DNA from: Raja brachyura
Lineage: Eukaryota
Reading direction: 5' to 3'
NCBI GenBank assembly: GCA_963514005.1
Contig: OY740797.1
Location: 45,446,001-45,510,000 of the forward strand
DNA: 64,000 nucleotides
Shown here: positions 12,452 to 25,986 of the stretch, in pieces
How the letters are laid out: every line of letters begins with the position of its first letter
Numbering within the stretch: the stretch's first letter is position 1
The notes under the pieces: generated by a model
The model's input: the letters and a program-made list of their open reading frames with translations, nothing else
What the model was told of the DNA's origin: nothing
Databases searched by the model: none
Position numbers and translations under genes: made by a program

Positions 12452-12577
12452 AATCTGTCTATGACCTACTGCCAAAAGAGCTGCAGCTTCCATCAAGTGA
12501 AACAAAAATTGTATCAATGAGTCAGAAAAGTGGAGGTGATGAAGCAACTTCTCCCCACTCAGCCGCAGTTGCTCCTG
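12452..12577 (+). CDS. NFAT5: NFAT5 coding exon ([29 protein letters not shown]...AVAP), 126 nt, phase 1/1
   Basis: ttatttacag acceptor and G|gtatgc donor; peptide matches vertebrate NFAT5 [14 protein letters not shown]. Confidence 0.93.
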
Positions 12578-15500
12578 GTATGCAATTCTATTCAATTTCT
12601 ATCCTGTCTGAATACAGATACAAGTTATTGTTGTCATGTGTACTGCTAGCAGTAATTCAAGACATTATTTGAATTGCTGTAATTCTGAGAGACCCACATA
12701 TAACCTGTAAGTGTTTTTAATGAGCAACATGTTAAGAGAAATGTAAAAAGTGCTGGAACCAAGGTTAGAAATTAAGTTATACAAGATCATGAAATGAATT
12801 TTAATGGTCATTAATTGTGCTATGCATGCACTCAATTTTAAATAAATAATAATTTGATTCAATAGTAATAGAACCCACAGGTGTAAACTTGGGAAATATA
12901 TTTGCATTGATTCTCATCACTTTTTTTTCTTTAGCATCCCTTGAAAGTATCATTAAATAATGAACTATTTTCAAAGGTCCAAGTTACATCCTTTGTATTT
13001 GAATGTTTGGTACTAAATTCTAATTCCATGTTTGGAAGTTGTAAATAATCTATCCACTTGTAGATTTAAATGTTGATGCAATTGAATAATATTTATGCAA
13101 TGCCTCCAAAATTGCAACATATCTTGAGGAATTTCAAACACAGCCTGCAGAAATCATCCGAGAAAATGTTGAGGCAAATGACTAAAAGCTTAGTCAAGTA
13201 GGTAGGTTTTAAAATGAACACCTGATATTCTAAGGAGGATTGGTCAGCTAAAGACATAATGTTGTAATTTAGCTATGTTCATGATACATACTAGATATTT
13301 GGAATGGTTGTGGGACAAGAAAAGATCACATCAACAAAAAAGAAAAAGGCTTAAAGAGATCAATAAGCAAGAATGAAAATGTAACATTCGACAGTGACCA
13401 TGTAGGTGATAGATAAATAGAATGGTATGAATGATAACACAGGCAGCAGTGTTTCAGATTACCTTCATTTTATGAAGGGCTGATTGAGGTATGCTAGCTA
13501 GGAGTGCATTAAAACAGGTTTCAGCAGCTAATGAGCTGGGACAGGAACAGGAATAGGTGTGACGTGTATGACTGGAAATAACTGGTGGTCTTGATGCACA
13601 ATTCAAAATTCATCTCAAGCCAAACAATTTTTTTAATCAGAGACTTAAGTTGTCTCAATTTAGAAATTGTAAGAGGTCAGAGGTTATGATAAAAGTGTTG
13701 TCAGCATACATATTTCAAACAAAGACTATATGTTCAGGTGATAGTTTTAAGGAACAGGCTGTTGATAGGATATGGGGAAGGGCGGTCAAGAATGTGAATC
13801 CTTGGAGACAGCCAGATTCAGAAGCGAGAAGCCATGTTATTTTGTGATTATGGCTAATTAGGAGAGAATAGGACCAACCAAGTTTAATTGAACTTGCGGG
13901 GGGAGTCTATGGAGCGAGCTGCCAAAGGAGGTAAGCACTACAACAATGTTTAAAAGACATGTTTAAAGTAGGTGGAATTAGTGTAGATAGGGTATGTAGG
14001 TCGGCATGGGCAAGTTGGGCAGAAAGGCCTGTTTTTGTGCTGTCTGCCTCTGTAACTTGGCTTTATGATGATGGTTGGGCAATGGTAGAGAATGGAGTGA
14101 AAGTCCATTGGCTACTTTATGCTAACTTCCATTTTGTTTAGTTTGATACCAGCTCTTGTGATTCATGAATGTCTAATTCTTGTCAAATGTATTTGAGAAA
14201 GTTAGAACATTAAACATTCCATAATTCTATATTTTGGACTGAGAGGAAGAAGAACTGAAAAATTCCTATAAGGTTAAAATATTAATAGGTTTCTGTAAGA
14301 AATGGACATTATTGGTAAGTAAAAATATTTTTAAGTGAATATTTCTATCAAATGTAAATATGATAATTTGACATCTCAATCAACAGAAGCAATTTTTAAA
14401 TGGGTTAGCAACTGACAAAAGTTGAAGAAACAAAATACTTGTCTTTAATTGAAAAATAGTTTTCACTATGGCAAATGGCCTTATCAGTATTTTTATGAAT
14501 ATGTTCAAATTGTGCTGCATGTCTGCTTAGTTTTCTATTACTAGATTATGAAAATGAGCCTGAGGAATTTTTTCTGGGGGGCAGGGGTGAGAATCTATTG
14601 TGTGTCCAAAATCACAATATTGTATTTTTTCTTCTTTTAGGAGCGATCTTTAAAATAAGCAGTTGGGTGTTAACACTTTCATATTTGTGACCATGCTGTT
14701 TGCAACATAGATATCAGCTGTCAGAAGAACCTTACATGGCATATTGTTAATGTTTTAAATGTTAAGGGAGAGTCTAGAAATGTTTATGTGCACAGAATGT
14801 CCCCTTCAGTGAGAATAGGAACTTCCTACACCCAGTACCTTCGGTGGAAGAGCCCAGATTTAACTTTAACTAGACCAAATTCTGTTAAAAGCAATGGGAA
14901 TCAGTATTTGAGTCTTCAATTTGGTTCAGTTAAATTTACCTAGAATCTCAGAATTGAGGGTGAAACATTATTCTTCAGAGCAGAAGAGCCATCGTAATAC
15001 AAATTAAATGGCAATAACAGTTCATGGAACTGTGTCAAACATTTGGCGAAAATAATAAAATCCATGATGAAAATAAATTGTTAACTTGACAGTCAGACTG
15101 TACCATTGTACTTTTTTGGTATAAAACAAGATGACGTGCAAATTCTAATTGAAACGTACATTTTTATAAACATAATCGCTGGATGTTGTTTTCTGATTAA
15201 AATAAGTTGGTAGTAACCATGATATTGGCTGCGAAATTTGATGCTGACAGCATAATTTGTCAATTATCAAATGCCATGTTAAGTCTGATGGCCGTAATTG
15301 TAAAGTCCATAAGATTGAAAATGGGCTGTGAAGCTTGTATTAGAAATAAAAGGGCAATGCTTTTAGCTTAAAATCCAAGCACATAACAAATATGAAGTGG
15401 TTAACTGAGATTTTCTTAATCAACGATAAATAACAAATAAACAGCCAATAAAGTGGCCAAAGCAGATTCAAGCAGACTTTGACTGTTCTTGCCAAGAATG

Positions 15501-15699
15501 AATGATAACATGTAAAGATCTGATGACAAGGGTTACAAATGTACACATTCATCGACACTGGATGGAATATTTGTGCCATTTTATGAAAGATTTGAACAAT
15601 TGATTTTGCTATCTCTTTACTGCCCTGTCCCCAGATTAAAACTATAATTTCATTTATAGTTAATTTAAGGTAAAGACATCCCAATGTAAAATTAAAACA

Positions 15700-16620
15700 G
15701 GGAACAGTACAGCACAAGAACAGGCACTTCGGCCCACTTGGCCGAACATGATGCCAAGACCATCTCTTATCTACCTGCGCATAATCCATATCCCTCCATT
15801 CCCTGCATATCAATATGCCTATCCAAAATCCTCCCAAATGCCACCATCATATCTGCCTCAAACCAGCAACACTGGCAACATGATCCAGGCACTCACCACC
15901 CTCTGTGTAAAAAGAAATTGCACCGTACATCTCCTTTAAACTTTGCTTCTCACTCCTTAACACCATGCACTCCAGTATTTATTTTTTTTACTTGGGGGGG
16001 GGGGGGGGAAAAAAGTCTGACTATCTACCCTATCTATGCCTCTTATGATTTTATATATACCTATCAGGTTTCCTGCAACCTCCAGCATTTGAGAGAAAAC
16101 AATATATGTCTGACCAATCTCCCTCGGTGGCTAAGATCCCCTAATCCAGGCAGCATTCTAGTAACCTCCTCTGCACCTTTTCCAAAGCCTCCACATCCGA
16201 CCTGCAAAGGGCAACCAGAACCGCACACAATAGCCCTCTCGAGCTGCAACATGACATCCTGAATCTTGCACTCAGTGCCCCGATTTATGAAGGCAAGCAT
16301 ACCATATGTCTTCGTAGGGATGTAGTCTGAAGAAGGGTCTCGACCCGAAACGTCGTCTATCTCCTTCGCTCCTTAGATGCTGCTGCACCCGCTGAGTTTC
16401 TCCAGCTTTTTGTGTAACCTACCATATGTCTTTACCATTCTATGTGTTGCCATTTTTTGGGAGCTATGGACTTGGACCCCAAGATTACCTCTGTACATCA
16501 ATGCTGTTGAGGGTTCTGCCATTAATTGTATAATTCCCCTTACATTTGACCTCCCTAAGTGCAGCACCTCGTACAAGCCTGGATTAACTCCAGCTGCTAT
16601 TTCCCCACCCATTTCTGTAG
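15700..16620 (-). mobile_element. Decayed CR1 fragment with a nested 107-bp hammerhead-containing unit (16313-16419)
   Basis: MLAFINRGTECKIQDVMLQL and EVLHLGRSN; nested insert flanked by taccatatgtctt. Confidence 0.78.
16327..16354 (+). ncRNA. Minimal hammerhead ribozyme-like core
   Basis: CTGAAGA-A-GGGT/CTCG/ACCC-GAAA-CGTC: intact core boxes, perfect stem II, palindromic minimal helix III, GUC triplet. Confidence 0.58.
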
Positions 16621-17624
16621 CTGATCTATATCCTGCTGTTTACCGTGACAGCCTTCCTCGCAAACCCCAGCAATCTTTGTCATCTGCAAACTCACTAACC
16701 AATTTGTTTTGTTTTGTAGTCTCTGCAACTATACATCTCGGAAATGTATAATGTATGCATCTCTGAAATGGATATATTTTTCCTTATTCTTATAATGTGT
16801 AGCATAATCTAACCTTGATTCTTTGTTGTTATCATTCACTTATTGCCATTTTTTAATGTGTGAAATAATTAATGTATTATTGAATGTATATTTCACTTTT
16901 TTAAATAATGAGTATATCTTTAATAAATAAATATAAATTGGGCAAAGGGAATAAACGCTAACACTGTGAAGGTGCACAGTATTGCATGTGATACTTTGGT
17001 ACCAATGACACTGGTAGAAAAAGGGATGGGGTGCAGCAGGCACATTTGAAGAGGTTAGCAAAACGTTTTAGGACCATGAGCTCAAACATACAGTAGTAAT
17101 TTCTTGATTGCTCCCAATGCCATATGCAAGCAACTATAGGGATGAGAGGCTATTGTGAATGGAAGTATGACTGAGAGGATGGTGCAGGAGGGAGGGGCTG
17201 TGATTCATGGGACCTGATCTGATTACATGGACTTGTACAAACCAGATCCATTGCATCACAACAAAATTGGAAACGGTGTCCTTGTTCTATTTTGGGAGAA
17301 TTGAATTGTAGAGTGGCAATGGAGGAAGGCTGAAATAAATTTGGTAGGGTTGCAAGCTGAACTGTAACCTTGAAAAATAAAGAGAAAAAGGTGCACAAAG
17401 GATTGGGGGAGAGTGCCAGAGCAAGAAATAGTGCCGTTTTATCATAACATAAAATAGTACGGTAATTATATGTGGGTAAGTGAGCTGAGAGATGACTAAT
17501 GGAGTTTAATTCAGATAAGAGTTAAATGCTTCGTTTTGGGGAATCAAGCCAAAGCAGGACATCCACCGTGAACAGTAAGGCACAGGGGAGTGTTGCAGAG
17601 CAGTGGGATCGAGGAATACATCTA

Positions 17625-17840
17625 CTGTAATCCCTTGTTTTAATGGACTCCATTATAACAAATTTTGGTTGTAGCAGATGGACCTGCTGACGCCATCCCG
17701 GCTCGCATGGCCTCCCCAGTCCCGGCTTCCGATGCCACCCCCGATTCTCAAGGTGCACCAGCGAGCCCTTCTTCACCACTGCAAAGTCCGTTTGATGTGG
17801 CTGTTGTTGTGGCTCAAATTGCAGCCCAAGATTCCAATTC
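17625..17840 (+). mobile_element. Tigger/pogo-like DNA transposon terminal fragment
   Basis: TA|CTGTAATCCCTTGTTTTAATGGAC...; reverse-complement homolog of 37610-37703. Confidence 0.55.
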
Positions 17841-18299
17841 CAAGATTTAATTGGAACCTGAGGATTAACCTTTCACACAGAGGGTGTACAGAATGATCCG
17901 CTAGAGGAAGTTGTTGAGGCACGTACAATTACAACACTTAAACAAACATTTGGGCAGGTACATGAGTAGGAAATATTTAGAGGGATTTGAGGCATCTCGA
18001 TCAGCATAGACAAGCTTTACTGATGGAGGTATAAGGTGTGAAAAGGTATTAAATGAGTACTTTATCAGCCAATACTGAGGAAGTTGATGTTGCTGGATTC
18101 ATAGCAAAAGAAAAATTGTTCAGATACTGGATGGACTAAAATTTGATAAAGAAAAGATACTAGAAGGGTTGGTATGCAAAAAATAAATAAAATATCCAAT
18201 TCGGATGCATCTTGTGTTGGAGGAAGTGAAATTGAGAGAATTGACTAATAATTCAAACATGCAAATAAATGGGTAAGTGTCTAAGGAATGCAGATCTGC

Positions 18300-19220
18300 A
18301 AATCCTGTAGGCCTGTGCATAAAATGAATGTAAGGCAAACCTAGCGTCCATAAATCAGTCAGTAGAACCTCAATGGTGAGAAAATCTTTAGAAACAATAA
18401 TAAGCGACGGTTATCAGTCACGCGAACCACGATGGATTGGCAAGGGAAAGCCAGTCAGCATTTATTGAGGACAAATCACATTGATTTATGATTATTGAGG
18501 AGGTTGTATCAAAAGGCAAATGAAGAAAATGTGTTACATCTGGACTTTTAAAAGGCACTGATAAACTGCTGCATAATAATCTTATCAAGATTAATACCTA
18601 TGGAATATGAGTAGCAGTGGAAGAATGTTAGAAAAATTGACTAAATGACAGGAAACAATAAGTAGTAGTGATTTTTTTTTGGTTTGGAGGAATATACTAT
18701 AGTGTTCCTCGGGGATCAGTACTGAATCAGTACTTTTCTGAACATAAATTAATAATTTGGTCTTGGGAGTTCACAACACCACTTTTCAGAAAAGTCCTGT
18801 GTAACAGGAAGCGTAAGGAGAGGTATTTGTGCATAGTTCAAGGAAAATGGCAGTCATTAAGAAAGTGGTTTAAAAAAATCATTGGGGTCTTTGGGTTTAC
18901 AAATAGAGATGTAATGAGAGCAAGGAAAAGGTGATGAAGCTTTATAAGGCATTAGATGAGGAAAAACTTTATCACCCAGGGAGTTGTGAATCTGTGGAAT
19001 TCTCTGCCACAGAATGCAGTATAGGTCAATTCACGGGATGTATTCAATAGAGTGAGATGTAGCTCTGAGGGCAAACAGAATCAAGGGACATGGAGAAAAA
19101 AACAGGAACAGGGTACTGATTCTGGATGATTAGCTATGATCATATTGAATGACGGTGTTTGCATGAAGGGCCGAATGGCCTTCTCCTGCACCTACTTTCT
19201 ATGTTTCTATATTCTATGAA
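18300..19220 (+). mobile_element. Decayed CR1 fragments with 3' tail
   Basis: SVPRGSVL, gtgaatctgtggaattctctgccacag and a ttctatgtttctat tail. Confidence 0.7.
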
Positions 19221-22044
19221 CCAGATTTTAGAAAAGATGTGAAAGCTGTAGACATCTGTAGGCTTCTTTGAGGACTTCTTGGAAAAGAGGTAATAGAAAC
19301 TGGATCTGATTAAGGTATTTAAAAACGTGAAGATTCTAAAGAGTAAGTAGATGGAGAGAAGATACTGCCATTAGTGGAAGGGTCATGAACCCGAGGACAA
19401 AGAAAGAAATTACAAAAGAACCAGAAGTAACATGAAGAAAAACTTGTTTACAGAAGCAGTTAGGATCTAAACTGTGCTGCTGGAGGAAAAAGATGGATAC
19501 CAACTGTGACATTTAAAAAGGAACTGGATAACTATGAGAAAGAAAGAAAATAATGCATTTTCTATATCCTATGTTCTCAACATTCATGTATATTTAACAG
19601 ACAAGCAGTATTTTATTTTAATAAATCTTACTGAACAGTTGAAACAAAAACTTTTGCAGCAATGCTTTAAATCTCTTCTTCGTTTATTCAAATAATCTCT
19701 GCTAAATTAAACCAAAACTTTTCCATCTTGAATGGCAAAATTGTGAGTATGCACAAATAAATAGAAGGTGTATCTTCGCAGAATTAGATAATGGATATTT
19801 AAATGGAGCGGGCAAAACATGGAAGGTGTGGCAGGAAGATTGGAGCAGGGATTCAATTTCAAGAAGGCATTTGCAAAGTTATGCAGGTAAATAGTAAATA
19901 CATTTCAGCACTTTAATTTTTTTGCTAAGTAAGCTAGTGGTCACATTAGTTGAAAAAAAATAAAGGTGTGAATGAAAAAGGTGAATAGAGGAATCTGACA
20001 ATACAAATACACATCGCCAAGAATTGTCACGGGAATAATACTCAAATAAAAGTAAACTAAGAAATCAGGATTTAGTACAAGGCAGATCAAATTGAAAATT
20101 AGGGAGTTTTCTTTCTGATCTTGGTGGGCTCAAATTTGGAGACCTGTATACCATTCTGGTAGCAAGATACATATGATACTAGAAGGAAAGGATTTCCATA
20201 TCAGAAAAAGATAAATAGTCTCAGTATTTTGTTTCTATTGGAAATAAGCAGTCTGTGGCAAGACCTGATAGATATCTTTAAAATTACATTATTGAGATTT
20301 GGAGTATAGTAAGATGTAAAAACAGAAATTACTGGAAGCACTTAACAGGTTTGGCAGCATCTGTTTAAAGAAATAACTATGTCAGGTTAAAGATCCTTCA
20401 TCAAGACTGACTTGAAACGTTAACTCTATTCCATTTTCTACAGGTGTTGCCTGACTTGCTGACTGTTTCATTGTGAATTTCAGAATTTCAGAAGCAATTA
20501 AATCTGGAATTCTGAACAAAGTTCTTTTTTACACTGAAACTCAGTTGAAATAATAGAAACCTTAATGGTAAAGTTCGCTAAGTAGAGGGGGTAAGGAAAT
20601 TAGACGCTATATTATAGTGATAACAAGGGAGGGTTGAGGAGAGGACAAATACTTTTATGGATTAATTGGGCTAAATGGATGGGTTTCAGTGCTGTATGTA
20701 CCATGTATTTCTAGTTCAACATAATCACCATTAGGCACACACACATTTAAAAAAAAAACATATGCTGAATATAGTTTCCATCCAATCTTTGGCTCAATTC
20801 AAACAAGCATGCTCTTTTGCACCAATGGGTATTTTTCCATACTCTTTTTCTTGTGGCATCATTTAGTGAATGACTAACATCAATTTAGAGACACACATGG
20901 TGCAGTTTTATCTTGCATTCACACATTCATAATTCATGAATAGTTTGTATATATTTAATAATTTGTCAAAAATTTGATATGAATTGTTTTTACAAACCTA
21001 ACAATTAAGCATTATTTTCTAAAACTGCAATTTAATATGCCTCATCTTTTTCAAATTGCCTTTGATACAAAGCCTCATTTTTGCTATTTTTACTGCAAAA
21101 TAAGACAACAAAGCACAAAGCGTTTCACTAAAAACAGAATTAGTAAAGATCTGAATTGTTGATTTGCAGCCACTTTCTTAATTTTCTTAATCAAAATAAA
21201 ATATTCTATCATATTTGAGAGCCATAGGTGTTATGGCATAGATGTCAATTATTGGTATTCAGAAATATTAAAACTAATCACTTTTCTAATTATTGTTATT
21301 TTATTGTCCCCATTTCAGCTTGTATGTCTTCAGGATTTGTCTTGTGATTCACAGTTGAATTTTGAACCCAGCCTGTGCATTCATGCTTAAATTATGTACT
21401 TGCAGCATAAATTCTAATTTAGAAAAAATAACATAATTGATAGTGAGCTCAGAGAGAGAAAGTAAACAGCAGTATCTGATGTTGCAGCAAGGATTGTTGC
21501 TATGGCGTGGCCAGTAGGAAACTCAAAGATGAGGGCAGCAGACCATTTTGAAAGAGTGCTATAAGTGGGTGGACAGGGAGACACATCTGTCAAGTTTGGT
21601 TCAGCATTAGAGTGATTACAAATGTTCAGGAGAGCTACTGGGGTATGTTATACAGAATTTGGTAGTCATTTAGTAGAAGCATCCCTTGGGGAGTGGGGTG
21701 TGCATAGTTGAAGTAATTAAAGGATAATATACATAAATTTACGTTTTTTTTCCTGAATCATTGAATATTTTCTATCTTGATTCATTATGGTTGCTTTTGG
21801 TTATTATGGTTATGGTTCTTCATGATTTCATTAGATCCAAATGGATTCTCATAATGGCCTCATTAAGAATTTGAACGAGTGGCCTTAGGTCGAAAATCAG
21901 TCATGATTTGCAATTCTGATAATTATCCAGTGAACTCTTTCACAATCCTTGTGGATGTTAAGGAAGGACCAGATCAAGCTATGGTGTGCTGCCTTTTCTT
22001 CTCTGAAACTGGGCCACAATAAAAGTGAACAGTCCTTGCTAGAA

Positions 22045-22445
22045 ACATAGAAACATAGAAAATAGGTGCAGGAGGTAGCCCTTCGAGCCAGCACCGCCAT
22101 TCATTGTGATAATGGCTGATCATCCCCAATCAATAACCCGTGCCTGCCTTCTCCCCATAACCCTAGACTCCACCAGCCCCTAGAGCTCTATCTAACTCTC
22201 TCTTAAATCCATCCAGTGATTTGGCCTCCACTGCCCTCTGCGGCAGGGAATTCCACAAATTCACAACTCTCTGGGTGACAACGTTTTTTTTTCTCACCTC
22301 AGTCTTAAATGGCCTCCCCTTTATTCTAAGACTGTGGCCCCTGGTTCTGGACTCGCCCAACATTGGGGAATTTTTTTCCTGCATCTAGCTTGTCCAGTCC
22401 TTTTATAATTTTATACGTCTCTATAAGATTCCCCCTCATCCTTCT
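22045..22445 (-). mobile_element. CR1 LINE 3' end, relatively young
   Basis: RGHSLRIKGRPFKTEVRK...QRVVNLWNSLPQ; (catagaaa)n tail. Confidence 0.88.
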
Positions 22446-25442
22446 TGATAGAGGAGAAAATTGAAAGAACAATGCACTGTAATGTACACTAAGTGCAATT
22501 AAGCATTGAATGTAGAGGAGGTTGCATTGCACTTAGTCTACATTACAGTGCATAGTTCTTCAAATTATCCAATTATTTGAGTAATTGGATAATTCAGTAT
22601 TTTAGCTCTGATCCCAATCTCTATGTTACTAATGTTGTTTAAGCTAAATTATTGAATAATATAAATATTCAGTAGCCAATTGTTTAACGGTAATTAATTG
22701 TATATATTTTACAGCATTATAATTGTGATATGTTTATAATTCAGCATTAACATTTTATAGGCCATAAAAGTGCTTTGAATTGCCGTAATTAATAATATTA
22801 TAATTCTGTCATGACAGTATTTGTTTTCCATGAGGAGTATAATTAAATTTCTGAAATGAATTAGAATTGTTACTAATTACAAATTGTGTGCGAAAGTTAT
22901 TTTCTTCAGTAGCAAATATTTCCGCATTTTATTTATGCCATGTTGCCACTTTATTTTGTTGCCACTATCTTCCCAAATCAATTAATTTGTTGCAAATTTT
23001 ATGGTGATAAATATTTAACTTTGAATCAACAAAAAAATCTCTGAATTTTTCTTGCTTTCAGAAAGAGTGGCACATTGCAGTTAATAGTTCAAGGAAATGA
23101 TGGAAAAATAATCCTGAGCAGATCCTATGTATTAAATAAATACCCTTCTTCCAATAATAGCTGATTTCAAAATACATTATAATTGAATCCTGGAAATTGG
23201 AAAAATAGGCATCTGATAACTGAGCCAACAAAACAGAAGATACAAATCATAAGAGAATGCTCCAGTGGTTTCTCAATGCATCTTAATAATATATAACACA
23301 TAAAAGAAGGCAGTTTTTCAGCTTTTAAGTCTGGGAATCAGATCTAGAAGTTAAAATGATGAAAAATGAAATGTGAAGACTTAGTGAGGGTGGGAAAAAA
23401 TATCAAATATCACATGCACCATGTGACCTAGATAAAGGGAGACCATTTGAGTGAGGTATCATAAGGTTGGCAATCAGGGAATTAAGTTACACAGTATTGT
23501 ACTGTCAAGTTGTAGTATTATAGTCCACAAACACTATAAAATAGTAAAAGTATTGAATTATTGATTTGGATACTCTAATTTACTTCCAACAATTGACCAG
23601 AAATTTTCACGTTCCGATTTTGTTCAGATTAGGTTGTAAACGTCTCCTTAAAAGTAGAGTACACACTGTTTTACGCTACGTTTTGTATTTTTATTTTAGA
23701 GTTATTGTATATTTCAATCACAGATTTCTTTTAATGGCCTGCTTGTACTGGGAACAATGTTAAAGTAATTTAAATTGGAAATATGGGATTGTGTCTGTTA
23801 ATAACTGTTCTGATTAGATTACTGGATTATTCACGGGGGGCATTCCCTTTCCAAGGAAAAGAAGGACATAGATTAACATTGTATCATCAATATGTATGTA
23901 GAGATATAGCGTGGAAACAGGCCCTTCCGCCCACCAAGTCCATGCCAACCATCGATCACACATACACGCTTGTTCTATGTTATCCCATTTTTGCATCCAC
24001 TCGCTGCATACTCGGCAATTTACAGCAGCCAATTAATTTACAAACCCACACGTCTTTGGGATGTGGGAGGAAATCACTATCAAGAATTTACAAAGAGCTT
24101 TTTGTTCATCTGGAAGCACAGACTCTTGGATGGAGTCCAGAACCAGGGAACATAAAGATCCACTCATCAAATAAGAAGGCAATGTTTATTATTAATTCCA
24201 CAAAACTGAAATACTGCACCACAACTGGATGTAGCCCCAATGTCCTTGAACCACTAATATGATATATGTATTCCAAACAAATAACATGCAGCAGCTACTT
24301 GAAGATCTCTAATAGCTAAGAAGTTTGTTGTCTGTTTTGGAAGGGCCTTTGAGGACTTGGCAAAGGAGGTTTAATGACCTTGCGTTACAATAGTGACTGC
24401 ATTTCAGACATTTTTACTGTTGTGAAGGTGGGATTGGGTGGTTAGAAATAAATGAGGGATTTTTTTAAATATGTTTAAGACCATGGTCCAATAAAGTGGC
24501 TTCAAATAATGCATTTTGTATTCAAAACTAAATGGAAAAAATGAAAATGGTGTTTTTCAAGTGGCTATTAAAAATTATGACAATTTGATTATTTTATTGA
24601 TTGATCAGATTTCAACATTTTTTCTTTGCAATAGAGGAGGATGGGCGTAAGCTAAGTTAAACATTTGGCATCTGCCTAATATATCTGCTATGCTTTCGGT
24701 AAAATGCTGTTATAAATAAAGTTGTTCATTTACCATAATGTGCAACACACTTAGAGCTGTTTTACTTTCAGTACAGGCAGATACTTTATCTGCTTTGCGC
24801 TGTCTTTGAAGCCTGTTTTCAGTTCAAATAATTTTACCACATTACCTTGTATAAACATATTTATGATAATTTGGTGACCTCTGCCGAATGGAAACCGATT
24901 GTAGATCAAGTGAAGTATAGTTTGGGTCACAATAATTCTCCATATGGTTTTTGATAGTCCCTTGTCAGCTGTATCATAGAGAAGTGCATGTGTCTACTCC
25001 TGTTATGTTTATCATACACCTATTCAGTTGATTAGTATTTATATAATCTTTTTAATTGACTTTTAAGAATGCATAGAAATTATAATTTCAAGATTAGCTT
25101 AATTATATTTTTTATTTTAGTTTCAGGAACCTGCCTGTCAAGCTGAGGATTTGCAATTCAATTTGCAGTTCTTTGCTTTGTAGGTCAGAAGATTATTTAA
25201 ATTTTCGCTGTTTGGTTATGAACAATCCCAAGTAAATAATAACATACCAACGTTTTTTTCCCCTTTATTCTGACTGGTTTCCAAGTATTTGAAATAAACT
25301 AAGCATAATTTTATATAATTTTATTTCTTAGAACTTTATACATTGAATTGAAGCTTTGTGAACAATTAAACAAAACACAACAACAATGCTAGCTAACTCG
25401 CATTTAAAATATATATTTACATGTGGATTGTACATACCACAG

Positions 25443-25986
25443 ATGTCTCCTCCAGCGGTGGTCAAAGCAACACCTTCACCCCATCTTCCAAACCTAGCAT
25501 GCATTCTACCTCAGTAACTGACAACACATCTATGCAAGTAGATAGCTGCACTCCAGAACAGGGGGTAAGTGCTCATGGGGTAAGTGAATTACTGAGCTAT
25601 GAAAACCAGTTAAGTAATGCCCCACAGCTACAGTCCACCCCCAAAAGGAGAACAGTCCTCAACATCTCTCCACCACCTGAAGATTTGCTGGATGACAGCA
25701 GGATGTCTTGTCAGGATGATGCAGGTGACTCTGAACAGAGCAATAATATTTGGATGGATGAATCGGGCTCTAACTACAGCATCATGAGTTCTAGTTCCTA
25801 TAACGACAACACAACAGTACCACGGAAATCACGAAAACGTTCACCTAAACAACGGCCTGGATTTGTGCGTGTGGACGATGAAGAGTCAAATATGGATGTC
25901 TTTGATGCAGACAGTGCAAAAGGACCCCATTATGTACTTTCTCAACTCGTCTCAGAAGGCAAAAACAGCTCAAAGGGAATCAATGG
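25443..25986 (+). CDS. NFAT5: NFAT5 coding exon: N-terminal regulatory region with NLS ([13 protein letters not shown]), 544 nt, phase 1/2
   Basis: Lies within ORF 25421-25996; motifs [36 protein letters not shown]; ccacag acceptor and GG|gttggt donor. Confidence 0.95.

Noticed and set aside
15340-16262. 165-174 aa ORFs on both strands
   Set aside because: They overlap decayed CR1 sequence and contain no recognisable domain.
22680-22830. Homeobox-like motifs (taattaat, tttatag/ccataaaa) as a possible conserved enhancer
   Set aside because: Such motifs are expected by chance in AT-rich DNA; support needs a cross-species alignment.
25421-25442. ATG at 25421 as a start codon
   Set aside because: It lies in the intron upstream of the acceptor at 25442; homology starts at the splice site.
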